This document shows positions 18,344 through 27,493 of a stretch of DNA of 64,000 nt, piece by piece. Each line of letters begins with the position of its first letter. The stretch's first letter is position 1. Source of the DNA: Alphaproteobacteria bacterium. GTDB lineage: Bacteria; Pseudomonadota; Alphaproteobacteria; MPNO01. The notes under the pieces were generated by a model. The model was not told the DNA's origin, ran no database searches, and was given only the letters and a program-made list of their open reading frames with translations. The position numbers and the translations under genes are program-made. The stretch is taken from assembly GCA_964291675.2 (NCBI GenBank), contig OZ219866.1, positions 3,296,001 to 3,360,000 on the forward strand, read 5' to 3'.

Positions 18344-19450
18344 TCAGCCGATGACGATCAGCCGGTCGTTGTCGGTGGCGTCGGACAGGAGCTCGGCGCC
18401 GCGCTCCGCGACCGCCACCATGTCCTTGAGCTGCATGCCGTAGCCGTGGCCGGTGCGGTAGACCAGCGGCTCGAAGCCCATGACCGTGCCGGCCCGAAGC
18501 ACGGTGTCGTCATGCGCGGCGAGATAGGGCGCCTCGTGCAGATTGAGCCCGATGCCGTGCCCGACGAAGGCGATGGGCGGCAGGCCGAGCTTGCCGAACT
18601 CCGCGAGGAAGGCGGCGTAGATGTCGCTGGCGACCGCGCCCGGGCGGATCATGTCCAAGAGCATGTGCTTGCAGCCCACCAGATTGGCCCAGATCCGCTC
18701 GGCGTGCTCGGGCGGCTCGCTCACCGCCGCCGTGCGGCAGACCCCGGCATGGTAGCCGCCGATCATCGAGAAGATCTCGACCCGGCAGACATCGCGCGGT
18801 TCGAGCACGCGGTCGGTCGGCCCGACATTGGGGAGCTCGCTGCGCGGGCCGGTGGCGACGATCATCAGCCGGAACTGCTCCGCCCCCTGTTCGTAGACGC
18901 TCCGGGTCAGCGCCGCGCCGAGGTCCATCTCGGTATCGCCCGGCGAGACCGCGGCGAAGGCATCGCCGATCGCGCGATCGGAAATCCGCGAGAGCCGACG
19001 TAAAAGGTCGATCTCGTCCGGCGTCTTGATCCGCCGCATGCCGTCGAGCGCCGCGTCGATGGCGACGAACTCCGCTGTCGGCATCGCCGCCTGGAGGCGG
19101 GCGAAATCGGCCGCCGGCAAATAGTCGAGCTCGATCCCGATGCGCGCGAAGCCGAGTCGGGCGAGCTCGTCGGCGAGCACCGCCATCGCGTCGTCGGTGA
19201 ACTCGCCCCAGGCGCGCACCGGCACCTCGCCCGCCCGCCCGGCGACGGTGGTCTCCTCCATGTCGACGCAGACATAGGCGGTGTCCGTGTGCCCGACGAC
19301 GGCCATCGCGTGGCGCCAGCGCATGATCGGCTGCGAGGGGACGACGAAGCCTGCGACCCAGCCGAAATTCTCCGGCGAGACCGCCACCGCCGCGTCCAGC
19401 CCGGCGCGTTCCATCTCCGCCCGCAGGCGGCTCAGCACCGCGTCACGCAT
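18344..19450 (-). CDS. M24 (Xaa-Pro peptidase/creatinase fold) family hydrolase
   Basis: RRIKTPDEI, GHGIGLNLHEAP, FEP motifs; creatinase-N-like start MRDAVLSRLRAEMERAGLDA; several metal ligands altered. Confidence 0.88.
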   Translation of the reverse strand: MRDAVLSRLRAEMERAGLDAAVAVSPENFGWVAGFVVPSQPIMRWRHAMAVVGHTDTAYVCVDMEETTVAGRAGEVPVRAWGEFTDDAMAVLADELARLGFARIGIELDYLPAADFARLQAAMPTAEFVAIDAALDGMRRIKTPDEIDLLRRLSRISDRAIGDAFAAVSPGDTEMDLGAALTRSVYEQGAEQFRLMIVATGPRSELPNVGPTDRVLEPRDVCRVEIFSMIGGYHAGVCRTAAVSEPPEHAERIWANLVGCKHMLLDMIRPGAVASDIYAAFLAEFGKLGLPPIAFVGHGIGLNLHEAPYLAAHDDTVLRAGTVMGFEPLVYRTGHGYGMQLKDMVAVAERGAELLSDATDNDRLIVIG

Positions 19451-20615
19451 CGCCCGTCTCCACCCGGTAGCGTTCGATCTTGGCCTCGTCGATGTCGACC
19501 CCCATGCCCGGCCCGTCCGGCACCGGCACCGCCCCGTCGACATGGGCGAGCGGAGCCGAGATCAGGTCGTCGGTGTAGTAGACCCCGCCGATGCGCCCCT
19601 TCCGGTGCTCCGCCGGCATCGAGACCGGGACGACGCAGCTCAGCGTCACCGGCTCGGCGGCGGCGGCGAGCTGGAGGTTGGCGAGGTTGCCCACCCCGGT
19701 CTCGACCGAGCCGTTGACGTTGGAGATCAGCCCGGCCGCCCGGGCCACCGCGGCGACCTGCATGGCGCGGTAGAGACCGCCCGGCTTGGTGGTGTAGATC
19801 GAGACGATGTCGGCGGCGCGTCGCTCGGCGATCTCGATCACGTCGCGCGCGTTCCACGCGCTCTCGTCGGCCATCAGCGGCACGCCGATCGCGCGCCGCA
19901 CCTCGGCGAGGCCGTCGATCCCCTCGACCGGCTGCTCGGCGTAGATCAGCCCGGCCGGCTCCATCCTGCGGATGATCCTGACCGCCTCGTAGGGCGTGGC
20001 GTAGCCGCAATTGGCATCGACGCAGAGCCGGGTCGCCGGGCCCACCGCCTCGCGGATGCGGTGCACGATCTCGACATCGCGCTCGGGATCGACGCCGACC
20101 TTGATCTTGATCGTCTTGATGCCCTCGGCGACGACGATCCTGCATTCCTCGACCGCTTCGTCGATGGCGAGCAGGCCGATCGAATGGGTGATCGGCACCG
20201 AGTCCCTGAGCTTCCCGCCGAGCAGGCGGTGGACCGGCACGCCGAAGCTGCGCCCGGCGAGGTCGTAGGCCGCCATCTCGACCGCGCCCTTGGCATAGGG
20301 GTAGCCCTTGACCGCGGCATCCATCGCCGCGTGCAGCAGGGCCGGCTGCGCCGCATCCAGCCCGATCGCGGCGGGTGCCAGGTAGGTCTCGATCACCAGC
20401 CGCGCGGTAGCCGGCGATTCGCCGAAATAGCGCCCGTAATCGCCGCCCCAGTCTTTTAGCGCCGACGCCTCGCCCCAGCCGACGAGCCCATTGTCGCCGG
20501 TCATGCGGACCAGGATGTAGCCGCCGATGGGCTCGGTGAGCCCGGTCCATTTGTGCTCGCGGCGCGTCGGCAGGGATACCTGCACGGTCTCGATTGCGGC
20601 GATTCTCGCGGTCAT
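19443..20615 (-). CDS. Mandelate racemase/muconate lactonizing enzyme family (enolase superfamily)
   Basis: GWGEA, AVEMAAYDL, KIKVG, DAN, EQP, DES motifs. Confidence 0.92.
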   Translation of the reverse strand: MTARIAAIETVQVSLPTRREHKWTGLTEPIGGYILVRMTGDNGLVGWGEASALKDWGGDYGRYFGESPATARLVIETYLAPAAIGLDAAQPALLHAAMDAAVKGYPYAKGAVEMAAYDLAGRSFGVPVHRLLGGKLRDSVPITHSIGLLAIDEAVEECRIVVAEGIKTIKIKVGVDPERDVEIVHRIREAVGPATRLCVDANCGYATPYEAVRIIRRMEPAGLIYAEQPVEGIDGLAEVRRAIGVPLMADESAWNARDVIEIAERRAADIVSIYTTKPGGLYRAMQVAAVARAAGLISNVNGSVETGVGNLANLQLAAAAEPVTLSCVVPVSMPAEHRKGRIGGVYYTDDLISAPLAHVDGAVPVPDGPGMGVDIDEAKIERYRVETGDA

Positions 20616-20739
20616 CGCTTCCTCCCGCCCGTTGCCCTATCGCGAAACCGGGGCCCGCGCAAGCCGCCGGCAGGCGCATTGCCGGGCGGCGCGGCATGGG
20701 GTAGAAAGAGCCTCGCATCGTCTACCCCAGGGGTCCGCG

Positions 20740-20997
20740 ATGAGCCTCAACATCAAGAACGCCGAAACCTGCCGCCTCGCCGCCGAGCTCGCCGAGCTGA
20801 CCGGCGAGACCAAGACCGGCGCGATCACCGTCGCGCTCCGCGAGCGCCTGGCGCGCGAGAGGCGGGCGCGCGACAAGGAAGCGCTGCTTCGCGACATCCG
20901 CGCCATCGCCGAGAGCTGCGCGAGCCTCATGGGACCGGGACCCTCATCGGACGAGATCGGCGACTTTCTCTACGATGAGCGCGGGTTGCCGAAATGA
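20740..20997 (+). CDS. vapB: VapB antitoxin (Rv0623-like)
   Basis: MSLNIKNAETCRLAAELAELTGETKTGAITVALRERL...LYDERGLPK; ATGA overlap with vapC. Confidence 0.92.
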   Translation: MSLNIKNAETCRLAAELAELTGETKTGAITVALRERLARERRARDKEALLRDIRAIAESCASLMGPGPSSDEIGDFLYDERGLPK

Positions 20998-21380
20998 TCA
21001 TCGACAGTTCGGCGGTCGTGGCGATCCTCAACCGCGAGCCGGAGGCCGAACGCTACGAGGAGGCGATCGCCACGGCCACACAACCGCGCGTTTCCGTCGC
21101 CAGCCTGTTGGAGGCATCCATCGTCGTGGAGGGCAGGGGTGGCGCTGCGGCGGGCGATCAACTCGACCTCCTTGTCCAACGTTTCGGAATTGCGTTGGAG
21201 CCGGTGACGGTCGAGCAGATGCAGGCCGCCCGCCGCGCCTGGCGGCGCTTCGGCCGGGGCAACCACCCGGCGGCGCTCAATTTCGGCGACTGCTTCGCCT
21301 ACGCGCTGGCCGAGACCACCGGCGAGAAGCTGCTCTACAAGGGCGAGGACTTCGCCAGGACCGACGTGGAGGCGGCGTGA
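20994..21380 (+). CDS. vapC: VapC PIN-domain toxin
   Basis: MIIDSSAVVAIL..EPE, FGRGNHPAALNFGDCFAYALA, LLYKGEDFARTD. Confidence 0.95.
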   Translation: MIIDSSAVVAILNREPEAERYEEAIATATQPRVSVASLLEASIVVEGRGGAAAGDQLDLLVQRFGIALEPVTVEQMQAARRAWRRFGRGNHPAALNFGDCFAYALAETTGEKLLYKGEDFARTDVEAA

Positions 21381-21461
21381 GGCTCGTCAGGTCTGACATG
21401 TGGCTGTACGATGGCGTAGTTCCCGGCATCCCCGGCGGACGGATTCGACAGCGGGCGAGGG

Positions 21462-21692
21462 ATGGCGATGGGCGAATGTCCTATCGAGAGCAACTCCGAG
21501 ATCCTCGGGGGCGTCCCGGTGTTTTCCGGCACTCGGGTTCCGGTGCGTATCCTGATCGAGCATCTGGAGGCGGGCGACCGGCTGGACGAGTTCCTGGAGG
21601 ACTTCCCCACGGTCTCGCGCGATCAGGCCGTCGCCGTTCTCGAACGGGCGAAGGCGATGCTGGCCGGCGAGGCGCATGAAGCTGCTGCTTGA
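21462..21692 (+). CDS. DUF433 domain protein (putative antitoxin)
   Basis: EILGGVPVFSGTRVPVRILIEHLEAGDRLDEFLEDFPTV. Confidence 0.9.
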   Translation: MAMGECPIESNSEILGGVPVFSGTRVPVRILIEHLEAGDRLDEFLEDFPTVSRDQAVAVLERAKAMLAGEAHEAAA

Positions 21693-22002
21693 CGAGTCCG
21701 CGCCGAGGCGGCTCGCCGCGTCCTTTCCCCAATCGATCGAGGTTTGCACCGTCCAAGAGATGGGATGGGCGGGGAGCACGAATGGGGAACTACTACGACT
21801 CGCCGCGGCAGACGGGTTCGATGCCCTCCTCACCGTGGACCGCGGCTTCGAACACGAGCAAAATCCCGACAACCTGCCTGTTCCCGTGATCATCGCGATC
21901 GCCGCCCGAAGCCGTCTTTCGGAACTGCGGCCTCTGGTCCCCGATGTCGTGGCGGTACTGTCCAGAAGTCTGGAGCGGCGAATCTACCGCGTCCAGGCCT
22001 GA
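21676..22002 (+). CDS. DUF5615 PIN-like protein (putative toxin)
   Basis: MKLLLDES.PRRL, TVQEMGWAG..NGELL, LLTVDRGF; overlaps the DUF433 gene. Confidence 0.88.
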   Translation: MKLLLDESAPRRLAASFPQSIEVCTVQEMGWAGSTNGELLRLAAADGFDALLTVDRGFEHEQNPDNLPVPVIIAIAARSRLSELRPLVPDVVAVLSRSLERRIYRVQA

Positions 22003-22011
22003 CCGCCGCCC

Positions 22012-22647
22012 CTACTTGTCCTTGATCCCCCTGAGCGCCTCCTTGCCCCAGATGTCGCGCAGGCGTTTGTCGCGGCCGCAGCCGAAGCGGTAGAAGCGGT
22101 AGCGTAGCGGGTCCTTGACGTAATACTCCTGGTGGTAGGCCTCGGCCGGGTAGAAGGCCTTGGCCATCAGGATCGGGGTGACGATCGAGCCCTTGAGCGT
22201 GCCGGAGTCGTTGATCGCCCGCTTGGTGGCGATGGCCGCGCGCTGCTGCTCCGGCGTGTGAAAGAACACCGCGGTCCGGTAGCTGTCGCCGCGGTCGCAG
22301 AACTGCCCGCCGGCGTCGGTCGGATCGACCGAGTGCCAGAACACGTCGAGCAGTTCCTCGTAGCTCACCTTGGCCGGGTCGTAGGTGATGCGGACCGCCT
22401 CGTAATGCCCGGTATTGCCCCCGGTGACAGCCTTGTAGGTCGGGTTCTCCAGCGTGCCGCCGGTATAGCCGGACACCGTCTCCAGCACCCCCGGCACCTT
22501 GTCGAAATCGGACTCCACGCACCAGAAACAGCCGCCCGCGAAGGTCGCGACCGCCTGGGCGGCCGAGGCCGCGCCGGCCGAACCCGCGAGAGCCGCGGCG
22601 GTGAGCAGCGCGCCCGCCGCCCGTTTGACGATCGATGTCGTGCCCAT
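22012..22647 (-). CDS. msrA: Peptide-methionine (S)-S-oxide reductase with signal peptide
   Basis: FAGGCFWCVE, SGYTGG, GQFCDRG, FYPAEAYHQEYY; Ala-rich N-terminal signal. Confidence 0.95.
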   Translation of the reverse strand: MGTTSIVKRAAGALLTAAALAGSAGAASAAQAVATFAGGCFWCVESDFDKVPGVLETVSGYTGGTLENPTYKAVTGGNTGHYEAVRITYDPAKVSYEELLDVFWHSVDPTDAGGQFCDRGDSYRTAVFFHTPEQQRAAIATKRAINDSGTLKGSIVTPILMAKAFYPAEAYHQEYYVKDPLRYRFYRFGCGRDKRLRDIWGKEALRGIKDK

Positions 22648-22784
22648 GCCGCTTTCCTCCCCTGTCGGCAGTCGCGTTCCCGACCGAGATGGGCGCGCAA
22701 GCGGCGTCTTGCAACCCCCCGCGTGCTTGCCCGCGCCCGGCGAATTGACGACCATCGGCGGCGCCCGGCAAGGGGGGAGAGGCG

Positions 22785-25118
22785 ATGGGGGAGTTCGCGA
22801 TCGGCCAGCCGGTATCGCGCCTGGAGGACCCGAGGCTGCTGAAGGGGCTCGGGCGCTATGTCGACGACCTCGACCTGCCCGGCCAGGCCTGTGCCTTCAT
22901 CCTGCGCTCGCCGCACGCCCATGCCCGGATCCGCGCCGTCGAGACGGGCGCGGCGGCGGCGATGCCGGGCGTGCTCGGCGTGCTGACCGGCGCCGATTGC
23001 GCGGCCGACGGGCTCGGCCACCTGCCCTGCGACCAGAAGCGGTTCCGCCGCGACGGCGGCGACATGTTCCGCCCGCCGCGACCGGTGCTGGCGCGCGACC
23101 GGGTCCGCGTGGTGGGCGACTATGTGGCGATGGTGGTCGCCGAGACCGCGGCGCTGGCGCGCGACGCCGCCGAGCGGATCGCGGTCGATTACGAGCCGCT
23201 GCCCGCGGTGGTCTCCCCCGCCGACGCGGCCGAGCCGGGCGCGCCGCTGCTCTGGGACGGCTGCCCCGGCAACGAGTGCTTCTATCACGAAGACGGCGAC
23301 GAAGCCGCGGTCGAGGCCGGCTTCGCTTCCGCCCACATCGTCGTCGAGCGCCGCTTCGTCATCAGCCGGGTGACCGCGGCCCCGCTCGGCCCGCGCGGCT
23401 GTCTCGGCGCCTACGACCCCTCGCAGGAGCGCTACACGCTCTATACCGGGGTTCAGCAGGCGCATTTGCTCCGCATGCATCTCGCGCGCACCGTCTTCGG
23501 CATCCCGGAGACGCGCATGCGCGTGATCGCGCCCGATATCGGCGGCAGCTTCGGGCTCTACAGCAACGTCTACCCGGAGAACGCGCTGGTGCTCTGGGCC
23601 GCGAAAAAGTTCGCCCGGCCGGTCAAATGGACCGCCGAGCGTGGCGAATGCATGGTGAGCGACGATTCGGCGCGCGACTGCGTCTCCGACGCCGCGCTGG
23701 CGCTCGACCGCGACGGGCGTTTCCTTGCGCTCCGCTGCCGGAGTTTCGCCAATCTCGGCGCCTATCTCTCGCTGCGCGGCCCGCTGCCGCCGGTGGTCAA
23801 TCTGGGGACGCTCGCCGGCACCTACACGACGCCGGCGATCCATGTCCGGGTCTCCGGCATGTTCACCAACACCTTCTGCACCTCGCCCTATCGCGGGGCG
23901 GGGCGGCCCGAGGCATCGACGGTGCTGGAGCAGCTGATCGACGAGGCGGCGCGGCGCCTGCGTCTCGATGCGGCCGAGATCCGCCGGCGCAACACCATCC
24001 CCGCCGCTGCCATGCCGTACAGGACCGCGCTCACCTTCACCTATGACAGCGGCGATTTCGAAAAGAACCTCGACGATGCGCTGGCTCTCGCCGACTACCC
24101 GGGCTTCGCGGCGCGGCGCGAAGAAGCCGCCGCGCGCGGCAAGCTGCGCGGCATCGGCATTTCCAACACCGTACACCGCGCCGCCGGGCTGGAGCTCGAG
24201 GCGGCGCAGATCCGCTTCGATGCCAGCGGCACGGCGACGTTGATGGTGGGCTCGGTCCATCACGGGCAGGGCCACGCGACCACCTTCACCCAGATCGCCT
24301 GCGACCGGCTGGGGCTGGATGCGGGCGCGGTGCGCTTCGTCTCGGGCGATACCGACATGGTGACCTTCGGGCGCGGCTCCTTCGCCTCGCGCTCGGCGGC
24401 GCTCGGCGGCTCGGCGGTAGCGCTCGCGGCCGACAAGATCGTCGGCAAGGGAAAGACGATCGCCGCCGCCCTGCTGGAAGCGTCGGAAGAGGATATCGAC
24501 TTCGCCGAGGGGACGTTCACGGTCGCCGGAACCGACCGTTCGGTCGGCATCGCCGACATTGCCCGGGCGGCCTATGCGCCGCACGGCCTGCCGCTCGACA
24601 TCGAGCCGGGGCTCGACGAGACGGCGATGTACCGCCCGGGCGCGCTCACCTTCCCCAATGGCTGCCATGTCGCCGAGATCGAGATCGACCCCGAGACCGG
24701 GGCGCTCGAGATCGTCGATTACGCGGTGGTCGACGATTTCGGCACCATCCTCAACCCCAAGCTGCTGGAGGGGCAGATCCACGGCGGGCTCGCCCAGGGC
24801 ATCGGCCAGGCGCTGATGGAGGACGTCGCCTTCGACGCGGCGACGGGCCAGCTTCTCGCCGGCTCGTTCATGGATTACTGCATGCCGCGGGCCGACGACC
24901 TGCCGTCCTGGGTCGCGGCGTTCAACGAGCTGCCGACGGCGGTCAACCCGGTCGGCGTGAAGGGGGCGGGCGAGGCCGGCGCGGTGGGTGCGCTGCCGGC
25001 CACGATGAACGCGGTGGTGGACGCGCTCGCGCCGCTCGGCGTCGAACACGTCCGGATGCCGGCGACGCCCGAGCGCATCTGGCGGGCGCTCCGCGCGGCG
25101 GCGGCTCAGAAGGCGTAG
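22785..25118 (+). CDS. Xanthine dehydrogenase family Mo-binding subunit (CoxL form II-like)
   Basis: RLEDPRLLKGLGRYVDD, RSPHAHARI, PYRGAGRPE, GQGHAT, GQIHGG.AQGIG, KGAGEAG. Confidence 0.92.
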   Translation: MGEFAIGQPVSRLEDPRLLKGLGRYVDDLDLPGQACAFILRSPHAHARIRAVETGAAAAMPGVLGVLTGADCAADGLGHLPCDQKRFRRDGGDMFRPPRPVLARDRVRVVGDYVAMVVAETAALARDAAERIAVDYEPLPAVVSPADAAEPGAPLLWDGCPGNECFYHEDGDEAAVEAGFASAHIVVERRFVISRVTAAPLGPRGCLGAYDPSQERYTLYTGVQQAHLLRMHLARTVFGIPETRMRVIAPDIGGSFGLYSNVYPENALVLWAAKKFARPVKWTAERGECMVSDDSARDCVSDAALALDRDGRFLALRCRSFANLGAYLSLRGPLPPVVNLGTLAGTYTTPAIHVRVSGMFTNTFCTSPYRGAGRPEASTVLEQLIDEAARRLRLDAAEIRRRNTIPAAAMPYRTALTFTYDSGDFEKNLDDALALADYPGFAARREEAAARGKLRGIGISNTVHRAAGLELEAAQIRFDASGTATLMVGSVHHGQGHATTFTQIACDRLGLDAGAVRFVSGDTDMVTFGRGSFASRSAALGGSAVALAADKIVGKGKTIAAALLEASEEDIDFAEGTFTVAGTDRSVGIADIARAAYAPHGLPLDIEPGLDETAMYRPGALTFPNGCHVAEIEIDPETGALEIVDYAVVDDFGTILNPKLLEGQIHGGLAQGIGQALMEDVAFDAATGQLLAGSFMDYCMPRADDLPSWVAAFNELPTAVNPVGVKGAGEAGAVGALPATMNAVVDALAPLGVEHVRMPATPERIWRALRAAAAQKA

Positions 25119-26014
25119 CGCCAGTTGGCGAGCAGGCTGAGCTCGGGCTCCGCCGCGGTGTCGTGGCCGGGCTGGCGGGTCCAGCCGGCGCCGATCCCGA
25201 GCTCGCCGCCGTTCGGCAGGGTGCGGCGCCAGCGCGCGGCGATGTCGATCTGCCGGCCGCCGGGCTCCAGCCCGGCCGACAGCGAGCGGCGCAGCACCCG
25301 CCCGTCCTCGGAGCGCCCGACGGGAAGCGACAGCCTGGCACGCCCGGCCTCGACGCGGAGCGGCTGCGCCGCCGAGAACCCGATGCGGTCGCCGTTCGCC
25401 AGCGTCCGCTCGGCGGAGAGCGCGAAGGCGCTGGTGGCGAGCGGCGAGACGGCTGCGATCATGCCGCCGCTTGCCTGCGCCCTGGCCGTGCCGAGCTCCG
25501 CGCCGGCGTCGAGCCGCCAGGCGCCCAGCGCCGCGCTCGCCTCGATGCCGGCGAAGGCGGCGTTGCCGGACAGCCGGCCGAAGGCGCCGGCGGCGGTGCT
25601 GCCGAGCATGGTTTGGCGTTCGCCCACCCATCCGCCGGTGAGACCCAGCCAGCCGCCATCCGGCCGCCACGACAGCGCGGCGCCGGAGGCCGGGCTGTGC
25701 CCGCGCATCCCTTCGCTCGAGAAGGCGGCGACGCGCAGCCCGCCCGGCTGCCCCGTGCCGAGGGCGAGGGCGCCGTCGGCGAGCGAGAGATGTCCGCCGC
25801 CGGTGCCGGGATCGGGCGCCCGCAGGACGCCGACGCTCAACCGGTCGCCGGCGGTCAGCGCGGCGAAGCGGTGGCGCAGCGGCCCGGGGTCCGGATCGGC
25901 CCGCCGGGGTGCCGCGAAGGCGCGCAGCCGCGCCAGGACCGGGCGGCCGGGGTCGGGGGCGGAGAGGGCGTCCAGGGGATACCAGAACGGCGCGCCCAGC
26001 GAATCGAAGGCCGC
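25084..26014. repeat. ~930-bp near-identical direct repeat (other copy 27472-28402)
   Basis: Offset 2388 nt; only two substitutions noticed by eye (near 25201 and 25206); includes the coxL 3' end. Confidence 0.9.
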
Positions 26015-27325
26015 GATCTCGTGGCCGGCGAAGGCTCGCGCCAGACCGGCGCCGATCGCCCCGCCCGGTGCCAACCGGGTGCGGACCAGGGCGTGGCCCG
26101 GGTCTCCGACCCGGTCGCCGCGCGCGATCGCGGCGATGCCGACCGGTGCCGTCGCGGCGTCGAGATCCATCAGGCCCTGGCCGTAGACGCTGCTGTCGGC
26201 GTAGATGCCCTTCTTGTTCGCCGTCGCCAGCAGCCGCGCGACCAGCGCCGAATTGGAGAGCTGGCTGCGGAAGACATCTTTCAGCACCGCCAGCCCGCCG
26301 GTCACGATCGGCGCGGCGAAGGAGGTGCCGTTGGCGCTGGCCGCGCCCCGGGCGCCCGGGCTCCCGTCGTTCCAGTCGGGCCCGAAATACGCCACGCGGA
26401 CCGCCACGCCCGGGGCCGCGATACACCAGTCGGAGGCGGCCCCGCAGCGATTGGAGAACGAGGCGATCCTGCCGTTCTGGCCGACCGCCACGACCGCGAC
26501 CAGATGCCCGCGCAGCTCGGGGAACCGCATCGGCAGGCCCGGCAGGACCTCGACCGACCTGGCGACGACGCGTCCGTCGACGCAGAGATCGGGGTTGCCG
26601 GTGAAATCCGCCGGGTCGCAGTCCTTGCCGTGGGCGTTGCCGGCGGCCCAGACGAAGACGGTCTTGTCGGTCGAACCGGCCTGCGCCAGCGCCCCGACTA
26701 CGGCCCCGTATCTGTCGCGGAGCTGCTGCTGCGAGTACTGCTCGATGAACCCGTGGGGGCCGAAGCTCATATTCGCAAAATCGATCGACCGGTCGCCTCT
26801 GGACCAGCCGGTCACCCGGTTGATCACCGACGCCAACGAAACGCGGCCGGCGCCGACGACCGCCCCATAGTTCGCTCCCGGCCTGCCCAGCGGGATCGCG
26901 AACATCGCTATATCGGCGCCCCGGGCGACGCCGCGCGGGGCGTTCACCTGCGCGGCGTAGAGGTCGCTCGGGTTTCCGGCCATCACGCTCGCCACCGCGG
27001 TGCCGTGCGATTCTTCCTCGCCCGTCTCGTCTGTCGCGTCGCCCAGCAGGGTTTCCGACACCGACTTGCCCGCGAAGACCGGGTGCTCGCTGTCGATGCC
27101 GCTGTCGACCACGCCCAGGGTCTGACCGCTGCCCGGCGCGGTTCTCGCGCCGTCCCGGGTTGCCAGCCGCTTATAGGCCCGATCCGCCTCGACGGTGCGC
27201 AGCCCCCACTGGTTGTAAACAGGCTCGTCGCCGATCTCTCCGCAGGCCGCCAGGAGCGCCCCCGCGGCGAGTGCCGAAAGCCATCCTCCGATATCCCGCA
27301 TCGGTCGACCGGTCGCGTTCGTCAT
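25106..27325 (-). CDS. S8 subtilase lipoprotein with C-terminal beta-domain (paralog 1)
   Basis: Lipobox LLAAC; triad VVDSG / HGTAVAS / GTSFAAP; ends WRYAF; start may be 27301. Confidence 0.9.
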   Translation of the reverse strand: MTNATGRPMRDIGGWLSALAAGALLAACGEIGDEPVYNQWGLRTVEADRAYKRLATRDGARTAPGSGQTLGVVDSGIDSEHPVFAGKSVSETLLGDATDETGEEESHGTAVASVMAGNPSDLYAAQVNAPRGVARGADIAMFAIPLGRPGANYGAVVGAGRVSLASVINRVTGWSRGDRSIDFANMSFGPHGFIEQYSQQQLRDRYGAVVGALAQAGSTDKTVFVWAAGNAHGKDCDPADFTGNPDLCVDGRVVARSVEVLPGLPMRFPELRGHLVAVVAVGQNGRIASFSNRCGAASDWCIAAPGVAVRVAYFGPDWNDGSPGARGAASANGTSFAAPIVTGGLAVLKDVFRSQLSNSALVARLLATANKKGIYADSSVYGQGLMDLDAATAPVGIAAIARGDRVGDPGHALVRTRLAPGGAIGAGLARAFAGHEIAAFDSLGAPFWYPLDALSAPDPGRPVLARLRAFAAPRRADPDPGPLRHRFAALTAGDRLSVGVLRAPDPGTGGGHLSLADGALALGTGQPGGLRVAAFSSEGMRGHSPASGAALSWRPDGGWLGLTGGWVGERQTMLGSTAAGAFGRLSGNAAFAGIEASAALGAWRLDAGAELGTARAQASGGMIAAVSPLATSAFALSAERTLANGDRIGFSAAQPLRVEAGRARLSLPVGRSEDGRVLRRSLSAGLEPGGRQIDIAARWRRTLPNGGELGIGAGWTRQPGHDTAAEPELSLLANWRYAF

Positions 27326-27493
27326 TCGGGCCGTCTCTCCACCGTTGGCACGCGGCCCGCGCACATGGAGGGGCCGCCGCAGGACAGAGTTGCCCGTCAG
27401 ACGAGATATCGAAACGGATATGACGACGCTGCGTCGTTATGTCCCGCAAGCGCAGGTGGAGCGTCGCGGCAGGGCGCTCCGCGCGGCGGCGGC

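Noticed and set aside
22785-25118. True aerobic CO dehydrogenase
   Set aside because: The active-site loop is PYRGAGR, not form I AYxCSFR, and there is no adjacent coxM/coxS.
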